From: a bacterium
GTDB taxonomy: Bacteria; Zhuqueibacterota; Zhuqueibacteria; Zhuqueibacterales; Zhuqueibacteraceae
Direction: 5' to 3'
Assembly: GCA_044869275.1 (NCBI GenBank)
Contig: JBIOXB010000233.1
Coordinates: forward strand, 1 to 18,660
DNA length: 18,660 nucleotides
Each line of letters opens with the position of its first letter. The stretch's first letter is position 1. The notes under the pieces are model-generated. The model was not told the DNA's origin and ran no database searches. It was given only the letters and a program-made list of their open reading frames with translations. Below are positions 9,095 through 15,709 of this stretch, one piece after another. The position numbers were made by a program, and so were the translations under genes.

Positions 9095-9603
9095 TCCGCA
9101 GAGACAACGATCAATTTCGGCGCCAATCCGATCAAACCGAGGCGTTCGTGCGCCAGGCGCGAAATCCGGCTGTAACTCGCCAGTTGCTCCGCGCGTGCCA
9201 AATAACGATTGTTTTCCTCCTGCAGTTGCACGCTCTGCAATTCAAGATCAGAATTTTTTTTCGCCAACTGCCCGACCGATACGCGCAAACCAATCAACAA
9301 CAGGCTCAAGATCAGAAGCAAAGCGAAGGGCACGAGCAACCACAAAGCCGCTGGACGCGCGCCTCGCAGGGCGGGAAGGGACTTCGCCCTCCAGGCGGCT
9401 TTTGCGCCTGGTTTTGCCGTGGCCGGCTTTTTTGAGATCACCGGTTTCGCGGTTGCCGGGATTTTTGCCGTCACCGCCCTGGCTTTTGCCGCCGGCCTAA
9501 GCGTGATGCCGCTGCGCGCGTGTGGCGTGGCCATATGCCTGGCAGGCGGGCGCATGGATTTTTTCATCTGCTGCCATCTCGTGCTTGCGATCGCCCTGAT
9601 CAC
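9091..9603 (-). CDS. ftsL: Cell division protein FtsL with extended basic N-terminus
   Basis: Lies between rsmH and ftsI. One TM (LWLLVPFALLLILSLLLIGL), a coiled coil, and the FtsL-like C-terminus LASYSRISRLAHERLGL. Start uncertain: GTG 9603 (GTGA overlap with the rsmH stop) or ATG 9567. Confidence 0.8.
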   Translation of the reverse strand: MIRAIASTRWQQMKKSMRPPARHMATPHARSGITLRPAAKARAVTAKIPATAKPVISKKPATAKPGAKAAWRAKSLPALRGARPAALWLLVPFALLLILSLLLIGLRVSVGQLAKKNSDLELQSVQLQEENNRYLARAEQLASYSRISRLAHERLGLIGLAPKLIVVSAE

Positions 9604-10547
9604 CTCTTTTGCAAAATGCGCAACTTGGCGCTGCGTGCGCGCCGGTTGGCTTTGATCTCTTCCGCCGCGGGTCGAAGCGGCTTCGGCGTGAGCACCGTCG
9701 CCTGGCTTTTTTTGCCGCACACGCACACCGGCAATTCCGGCGGGCAGGTGCAGGTTTTCGCCAGCTCGCGGAAATACTGTTTGACGATGCGATCTTCCAA
9801 GGAATGATAACTCATCACGGCCAGGCGCCCGCCCGGCCGCAGCAGCGCGAACGCCTGCGGCAAAAAATCCCGCAAGGCGCCCAGCTCATCGTTCACCGCG
9901 ATGCGCAGCGCTTGAAACACGCGCGCGACGGATTTAACCTGAAGAGGGCCGTGTACTACGCCTTCAATAATGCGACGAAGCTCAGACGTGGTGCCGATCG
10001 CGCGAGAACGCCGCTTGTGGATGATGGCGCGCGCAATGGCACGAGCGCGCTGCTCTTCGCCATAGTCCCGCAGAAGACGCACCAGTTCGTCTTGTTCCAG
10101 AGCCGCCAACAGCTCCGCTGCAGTTTGGGGGAGGAAAGGATCCAGGCGCAAGTCCAGCGGACCCTCTTCAAGATAACTTAACCCTCTTTCCGGCAGATCG
10201 ATTTGTCGCGAGCTGAGACCCAAGTCCGCGAGTACGCCGTCGAGCGAGGTACTACCCATCGCAGCCAGGAGGCTTGTGATCTGCCGGAAATTTCCGTGTG
10301 AGAAAGAACAACGAGCTTGGTATGTGGCCAGGCGCTGTTGCGCCGCGGCCAAAGAATTCGGATCGACATCCAATCCGACAATTTTTAACTCGGCATTTCC
10401 CGCCTGCAGCAGGGCTAGACTGTGACCGCCATCGCCCAGCGTGGCATCGACAATCAGGCGTGCCTGCGGCGTGGCCAGATATTTAACGACCACCTCGGAC
10501 ATGACCGGTTGATGATACTGTCCTTGTTGTAGAATCTTTTCGGGCAC
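9600..10547 (-). CDS. rsmH: 16S rRNA m4C1402 methyltransferase RsmH (MraW)
   Basis: HQPVM, VDATLGDGGHS, ADLGLSS, GPLDLRLD, FQALRIAVNDEL, SYHSLEDRIVK, NRRARSAKLR motifs; GTG start. Confidence 0.97.
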   Translation of the reverse strand: MPEKILQQGQYHQPVMSEVVVKYLATPQARLIVDATLGDGGHSLALLQAGNAELKIVGLDVDPNSLAAAQQRLATYQARCSFSHGNFRQITSLLAAMGSTSLDGVLADLGLSSRQIDLPERGLSYLEEGPLDLRLDPFLPQTAAELLAALEQDELVRLLRDYGEEQRARAIARAIIHKRRSRAIGTTSELRRIIEGVVHGPLQVKSVARVFQALRIAVNDELGALRDFLPQAFALLRPGGRLAVMSYHSLEDRIVKQYFRELAKTCTCPPELPVCVCGKKSQATVLTPKPLRPAAEEIKANRRARSAKLRILQKR

Positions 10548-10593
10548 GACATTATTCCGGATTCCCTAAATTTCTCACGCATTACCCATTTCG

Positions 10594-10647
10594 GCTTACG
10601 TTTCACGTCTCACGCCCAAGGTGATCCGTCATTCGTAAAACGCAAGC
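10594..10647 (-). repeat. Heptamer-based inverted repeat/hairpin between mraZ and rsmH
   Basis: GCTTACGTTTCACG (10594-10607) versus CGTAAAACGCAAGC (10634-10647). In the minus-strand mRNA this is a 14-bp stem whose two mismatches become G-U pairs. Units TTACGTT/TCACGTC/TCACGCC. Confidence 0.6.
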
Positions 10648-10652
10648 AACCT

Positions 10653-11138
10653 CTATGGTCGCGGCCGGTCCTCGTTGAGTGCCTGTACGGGCAACTTCTC
10701 ATTCCGCCCAATCTCACAAAACTGCTCGTAACTCGCCGCATCCCACATATCGAAAAAATCTCCCATGCCAACGTAACGAATTTCTTTCTCGATCCTTGCC
10801 GCCTGCAAAAACTCCGCGGGAATGTTGATGCGGCCCTGATTATCCAATTTCACTTGATGGCACAGCGCGAGAATAGATTGCATTTTGTAAATACCGATTT
10901 CAGTTTCTTCATCGAGATGAGAGGCCATCGGCAGGATTTTCTCGCGGAAATAGGAGACGGGGTAGGCGCGAATCATCGTCGCGTTCGATTTTTCGAAGAG
11001 CCGCAGCACCAGCGTGCGTATTTGCAGCAGCTCGACAATCTCGCGAATTTTTGCGGGAATCGCGGCCCTGCCCTTGTCGTCCAAAGTCTGCTTGTACCTG
11101 CCATAGAACTTTGGAATGATTTCGGTCAATTCAACCAA
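10653..11138 (-). CDS. mraZ: Transcriptional regulator MraZ
   Basis: Two SpoVT/AbrB-like repeats: FYGRYKQTLDDKGRAAIPAKIR and VKLDNQGRINIP...VGMGDFFDMWD. First gene of the dcw cluster; TTG start 7 nt after AGGA. Confidence 0.92.
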   Translation of the reverse strand: MVELTEIIPKFYGRYKQTLDDKGRAAIPAKIREIVELLQIRTLVLRLFEKSNATMIRAYPVSYFREKILPMASHLDEETEIGIYKMQSILALCHQVKLDNQGRINIPAEFLQAARIEKEIRYVGMGDFFDMWDAASYEQFCEIGRNEKLPVQALNEDRPRP

Positions 11139-11140
11139 TG

Positions 11141-11200
11141 CTTTATCCTATTTTCCCCAACTCTATCCACTTCTCCCTACTTTTCACCACTTCTACCCAA
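11141..11200 (-). promoter_or_regulatory. MraZ-binding direct-repeat array (6 units, 10-bp period)
   Basis: Minus strand reads TTGGGTAGAA GTGGTGAAAA GTAGGGAGAA GTGGATAGAG TTGGGGAAAA TAGGATAAAG. This matches the GTGG/TGGG 10-bp-spaced boxes known upstream of mraZ. Confidence 0.85.
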
Positions 11201-11229
11201 ATAATAAACCAAAGCAAGCTGAAAGTCAA
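11201..11229 (-). promoter_or_regulatory. Sigma70-type promoter of the dcw operon
   Basis: TTGACT (11229-11224), 17-nt spacer, TATTAT (11206-11201); A-tract-rich UP-like region at about 11232-11262. Confidence 0.8.
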
Positions 11230-11334
11230 GGTATTTTTTCATAATTGTTTGTTTTTTTAATAGTTGAACAGGTGTACAGCGACAGAATTTCACCAATTCT
11301 CAGCTCACGGACTGTGCGAAAACTTGGCAAGGCC

Positions 11335-11429
11335 GCACCCTGAGCTTGTCGAAGGGAGCTTGTCGAAGGGAGCTTGTCGAAGGGAGCTTGTCGAAGGGAG
11401 CTTGTCGAAGGGAGCTTGTCGAAGGGTGC
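11335..11429. repeat. Perfect tandem repeat GAGCTTGTCGAAGG x6 inside a REP-like palindrome
   Basis: Six identical 14-bp units at 11342-11425, flanked by inverted GCACCC (11335-11340) and GGGTGC (11424-11429). The single-unit form would be GCACCCTGAGCTTGTCGAAGGGTGC. Confidence 0.92.
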
Positions 11430-11697
11430 TAAGTTTAAAAGTGCGTTAAAACCAAGCGTTTTCAAACAACGTGATCCTTCATGAGCGCACCGAGACGAAT
11501 TGCGCTACAGCAGTGCATCGCAAAATCAAAGCTTGAAGTTTTGCTTGATGACTAGCACGACTTTTTCAGAGTGAGGAAGAAACGTGAAGGATAAAAACTT
11601 AGGCAGGATCTTTACGAGATTCGAATGCAAATCGACAATCGCAAATCGCTGATTGTAAATCACCGGTAGGGCAGGAGACCCCCAATGAGCATGATGA

Positions 11698-12921
11698 TCA
11701 CGACTCTGCGAAATTGATATCCCGGCCGTAAGTTTCATGGACGCCGTACAGCGAGACAAACGCCAGCAAAAACACCACGCCGCCAATCAGCATTGTGCTG
11801 TTGATCAGACCGAGATCATGCCGGAGGCTGGCGAGCACCAAAGTCATCGGCACCACCATCGCGCGCACGAGATTGGGCACGGAGGTGGTTACGGTCGCGC
11901 GAATGTTGGTGCCGAATTGTTCCGCGGCCATGGTGAGGAAAACCGTCCAATAACCCTGGCCCAAGCCGATAACGAAAATCGCCAGGAGAAACAAAGTCGC
12001 GCTCGCGCCCTGCAACCGCAAGAGGCCCAGCGTCAGAACGAGCATGCCCGCGAAACATACCCAAATTACCTTTTTCCGGTTTTTGATCATCTCGCTGATG
12101 ATGCCGCTCAGCCCGCTGCCGATCGCGAGGCCGATGGCCTGCCAGCGCAGCGTCTCCGCAGCCGTGAGCGCGCGGGTCAAATTCAGCGCGGCGCTGTATT
12201 CCGGCGAAAACGTGACGATGATGCCGGAGATGTACCAAATCGGCACGCCGATGGCCGTGACCGCGAGATATTTGAGCAGCGTTTTTTTCGAGCGCAGAAT
12301 CAACATGACGTCGCCTTTTTTGTGCGCGTCTTGTTTTTGTGCGTGGAACACGTGCGATTCTTGCAGGCCAATGAAACGCCCCGCCAAAACGATCAAACCC
12401 ATGGCGCCACCCACGAAATAGGCGGCGCGCCAGTCGAACCAGCTGCCGACAAACGAAGCCGTCAACGCGCCCAGCAGGCCCAAAAAGGAGATGATGGTCG
12501 TGCCGTAGCCGCGATATTGTCTGGGCATGATCTCCGCCACCAACGTAATGCCGGTGCCGAGCTCACCCGCCAGGCCCACGCCGGCGATGAAGCGCAGAGC
12601 CGCATAACTGGCGATATCGTGCACGAAACCGTTGGCGATATTTGCGAGCGAATACATCGTAATCGTGGCCAGCAGCGCGAACCGCCTGCCGATCTTATCT
12701 CCGATGATGCCCCACGCCACGCCGCCGATGAGCATGCCAATCATCTGCAAATTCAGCAGCAATATCCCCTGCGAGGTCAGCTCATCGCCCGCGATCCCGA
12801 TATCTTGCAGGCTCGCCACGCGCACCACGCCGAACAACACGATGTCGTACAAATCGACAAAATAACCCAGCGCGGCCACGGCCACGGAAAACGCCAGCTT
12901 GTTTTGAGGAGAAAGTGACAT
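11698..12921 (-). CDS. MFS transporter (substrate unknown; organic/aromatic acid symporter-like)
   Basis: About 12 TM segments, GYFVDLYD in TM1, motif A GIIGDKIGRR, RFIAGVGLAGE, AEQFGTNIRAT. Start placed at ATG 12921 (407 aa). Confidence 0.9.
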   Translation of the reverse strand: MSLSPQNKLAFSVAVAALGYFVDLYDIVLFGVVRVASLQDIGIAGDELTSQGILLLNLQMIGMLIGGVAWGIIGDKIGRRFALLATITMYSLANIANGFVHDIASYAALRFIAGVGLAGELGTGITLVAEIMPRQYRGYGTTIISFLGLLGALTASFVGSWFDWRAAYFVGGAMGLIVLAGRFIGLQESHVFHAQKQDAHKKGDVMLILRSKKTLLKYLAVTAIGVPIWYISGIIVTFSPEYSAALNLTRALTAAETLRWQAIGLAIGSGLSGIISEMIKNRKKVIWVCFAGMLVLTLGLLRLQGASATLFLLAIFVIGLGQGYWTVFLTMAAEQFGTNIRATVTTSVPNLVRAMVVPMTLVLASLRHDLGLINSTMLIGGVVFLLAFVSLYGVHETYGRDINFAES

Positions 12922-12970
12922 GCCTGACCTTGGTGGTGAAACGCTCTGCGCTCCAGCTTTTTGTCCGAAG

Positions 12971-13006
12971 CGGATTTTCATCCCGAAGGGTCGGGATGAA
13001 AATCTG
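12971..13006. repeat. Perfect 14-bp stem-loop between the TBDR and MFS genes
   Basis: GATTTTCATCCCGA-AGGG-TCGGGATGAAAATC (12973-13004); no U-tract follows on the coding strand. Confidence 0.8.
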
Positions 13007-13059
13007 ATGTAGGCGCTTAGCGATCTTCTCAGCAATCTTCGCGAGCTTGTTCCCGCAGC

Positions 13060-15537
13060 TCAGAATGAATACTTCAATTCTGCCGAAAACAATCTGCCGA
13101 TCGCCGGCGAGGCGACGAACTCGCGCACTTTCGAATCGAACAAATTGGTGACGTGGCCCGCGGCGGTCAGGCCGGGCATGATTCTATAGCCGGCGCTGAG
13201 ATCGAGGTTGACGAAATCACCGAGCGGGCCTTCATTGAAATCTCTGAAGACGCGCGTATTCTCAACGACCTGATCGCCGCCGATGACCAAACTCCTGTTG
13301 GTCTGGGCCGCGACATTGATGCCGGAAAAGAAGTCATAGGCTTCGACCCAGCGCACAAAGACGTTGCCGAAATACTTCGGCTGGCTCAGGCCCAGGCCGA
13401 GACCCAACTTGTTTTTCGGTGTATTGATGGGTAGGTCGTCGTCCGTCACCACGCCGTTTTTATTGGCGTCATTTTTCAAATCATTTTTGTCGAGGTCGAA
13501 ATCAAAGAACGAATAATTCAGCACGATGTTGACACTGTTGCTCAGATAGTAATTCAAACCCACATCGAAGCCGTAGGTGTTCACCTTCCCAAAATTCAGA
13601 TAGGTCAGTACCAGTGCGGCGCCTGCAGCCGGCGTGCCCGGAATCACTTCGCTCATGGGCTGATCGCCTCTGTGGGTGACGGTGCGGCCATTGGTGGCGA
13701 TGTTGACCAGCGGGCTGAGGAAATCTTCAGAGAAGTTATAATAGCCGTTGACATCCAGGAACAGTTTTTTTTCAGCCAGGACGCCTTTATAACCGGCCTC
13801 AACGGATTGAATGTTTTCGACCACCAGTGACGGAATTTTGCTGTTATCGCTCAAAGTGAAGCCTTCACCATTTCCCAAAACCAGACCGCCGAATATATTC
13901 GCACTCAGATTGAGGATGCTCGGCGAAGCAATGCCTTCACCGTAAGTCAAACGCCACGTGCCGCTGCCCTTGCTGTACAACAAGCCGGCTTTGGGAATGA
14001 GGTTGAAGCCGTAGAGCTCGTGATCATCCGCGCGTGCGGCCACCATGGCCTTGAGGCCGGAGCTACCGATCGGCTTCTCGATTTGTCCATAAAAGCCGTA
14101 CTGGTCCAATTCGATAATGCCCTGCTGGTCGAACAAATAGGTGTGTTTGCTGTCGGCAATGTCCCTCTGGAATTGCGCGCCTGCGATGACGTTGAAGCCG
14201 GCCCAGGTGTTGTTGTATTGCGCCTCCGCATTCCAGCGCCGCGAATTGTCCTTGAAATTCGCCTCGCGGTTGACACTTCTGCCGAGAGCAGCCACCCATT
14301 GTTCGTGCACGGAACGGCGCAAGGACTCTTCTTCGCTGAAGCCCGCGTTCTTGAAGCTCCAATAGTTTTGCGTGCGCTGGTTGAGCGCGAACGTGTCTTC
14401 AGTTTTGCTCCAAGTGTGATAAGCCTGCGCAAACACCCGCGGCGAAACAAAGCGGCCTTGTAAATAGAAAAGCTTCCAGTCGATGATCTGATTTCTGCCG
14501 GCATTGGTGACGCCCAGATTGTTGCTTTGGCTGCCGCCGCCCGCCAAAACCAAATCGGTTCCCGGTTTCAGGCTGTAATACAACGCCGTTTCTCCGCGAA
14601 GAGCATCGAATTTGCGATCGATTCCGACTTCTTCCGGAAAGGCAATGGCGCCGGTGCCGTTGTAAACCGTGTCGGTGTAAGCATATTCTTCGCCCCGAGA
14701 ATACTCGCCGCTGATCTTGTAGGCCACTTTATCGCTCACCACCTGCGCATGGCGCAGTCTTCCGCTGAACACACTGTGATTGCCGCCGCCGAGCGCGACG
14801 GTCGTGCCTTCCGACGTCCGCGGATCTTTGGTGATGGTATTGACCAGGCCATTGTGAGCGTTTGGACCGTAAAGCGCTGCCGCCGGTCCTAGAATCAATT
14901 CAACGCGCTCGATATCCTCTTTGACCGTGGTGCCCAACGGGCCGAAGGGCAGGCTGGTTGCAACCAAAGTGGAGAGGCGCATGTCATTGATCTGCAGATT
15001 TTTCGAATTGAAGGCGCTGTTGAAGCCGCGAATATTAAGACCCGCGCCTGCCACTCCGGAGCGCACGTAATCGACGCCTTTTTGGCGCGCGGCCAATTCT
15101 CCCGGGTTGAAAGCCGGATATTCGTCGATGCCGCGCGCATTGATGACCGACATGGTCGCCGGCGCCTCCGTTAGTTTCTCCGGCCGGCGGGAGGCGGTGG
15201 TCACGATCACATCGCCCATGAGATTGGCCTCGGCCAGCGCGACCTCGGCCGTCGCTGCCGCGCCGGCTGCAACATTGACCGGAACGCTGGCCTGCTCGTA
15301 GCCGAGAAAGGTCACCACCAGCGTGTGAGCTCCCGGCGGCACGTTCTTGATTTCAAACTGGCCTTTCGCGTCGCTGGAGGCGCCCATCGATGTACCTTGC
15401 AGAACCACGTTCGCGTTCCGCAATGCCTCGCCGGTTTTGCCATCGGTTACCCGTCCTTGAATGCTTCCGGTTTGCGCATAAGTCATGCCTGCCAGGAGAA
15501 AGGCAAGCATCGTGCAACACCAAGGCAAGCGTTTCAT
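13060..15537 (-). CDS. TonB-dependent outer-membrane receptor with N-terminal carboxypeptidase-regulatory-like domain
   Basis: Signal peptide (MKRLP...TYA-Q), GSIQGRVTDGKTGEALRNANVVL...TFLGY domain, TonB box/plug (DVIVTTASRR; IERVELILGPAAALYGPNAHNGLVNTITK), C-terminal LKYSF. Start ATG 15537 with SD GGAGG; 825 aa. Confidence 0.95.
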   Translation of the reverse strand: MKRLPWCCTMLAFLLAGMTYAQTGSIQGRVTDGKTGEALRNANVVLQGTSMGASSDAKGQFEIKNVPPGAHTLVVTFLGYEQASVPVNVAAGAAATAEVALAEANLMGDVIVTTASRRPEKLTEAPATMSVINARGIDEYPAFNPGELAARQKGVDYVRSGVAGAGLNIRGFNSAFNSKNLQINDMRLSTLVATSLPFGPLGTTVKEDIERVELILGPAAALYGPNAHNGLVNTITKDPRTSEGTTVALGGGNHSVFSGRLRHAQVVSDKVAYKISGEYSRGEEYAYTDTVYNGTGAIAFPEEVGIDRKFDALRGETALYYSLKPGTDLVLAGGGSQSNNLGVTNAGRNQIIDWKLFYLQGRFVSPRVFAQAYHTWSKTEDTFALNQRTQNYWSFKNAGFSEEESLRRSVHEQWVAALGRSVNREANFKDNSRRWNAEAQYNNTWAGFNVIAGAQFQRDIADSKHTYLFDQQGIIELDQYGFYGQIEKPIGSSGLKAMVAARADDHELYGFNLIPKAGLLYSKGSGTWRLTYGEGIASPSILNLSANIFGGLVLGNGEGFTLSDNSKIPSLVVENIQSVEAGYKGVLAEKKLFLDVNGYYNFSEDFLSPLVNIATNGRTVTHRGDQPMSEVIPGTPAAGAALVLTYLNFGKVNTYGFDVGLNYYLSNSVNIVLNYSFFDFDLDKNDLKNDANKNGVVTDDDLPINTPKNKLGLGLGLSQPKYFGNVFVRWVEAYDFFSGINVAAQTNRSLVIGGDQVVENTRVFRDFNEGPLGDFVNLDLSAGYRIMPGLTAAGHVTNLFDSKVREFVASPAIGRLFSAELKYSF

Positions 15538-15606
15538 ATGTACCCTCCGTTGCGTTGGGTTAGTGGGAGATGGTGAATTGTCGTCTTTTGCATTTACTCT
15601 CGTACT

Positions 15607-15685
15607 CTCGTTGCCACGTTCCACGTGGGAACGCATCTGAGGCGCTCTGCGCCAGAATGATTCCCACGCAGAGCGCGAGAATCAG
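15607..15685. repeat. Degenerate REP-like palindrome doublet
   Basis: CTCGTTGCCACGTTCCACGTGGGAACGCA (15607-15635) and TGATTCCCACGCAGAGCGCGAGAATCAG (15658-15685) are each imperfect palindromes. Internal GCGCTCTGCG (15642-15651) is the exact reverse complement of CGCAGAGCGC (15667-15676). Confidence 0.65.
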
Positions 15686-15709
15686 CGCACGCCGAGCAAA
15701 AAGCAGCTT

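Noticed and set aside
11342..11425. CRISPR array
   Set aside because: Units are 14 bp and directly adjacent with no spacers; no cas genes in the window.
11226..11465. ORFs 11226..11465(-) and 11264..11449(+)
   Set aside because: Their repetitive peptides (PFDKLPSTSSLRQA, ELVEGSLSKG) are translations of the 14-bp DNA repeat, and the minus ORF runs into the mraZ promoter.
11666..11686. Intrinsic terminator after the MFS gene
   Set aside because: Only a weak short G/C stem and no convincing U-tract.
11526..11786. 86-aa minus-strand ORF after the MFS gene
   Set aside because: Overlaps the MFS 3' end in another frame, with no RBS or motif support.
15538..15709. Cobalamin or TPP riboswitch upstream of the TBDR
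   Set aside because: I could not find the conserved cores; the structure is explained by REP-like palindromes. An Rfam scan would settle it.
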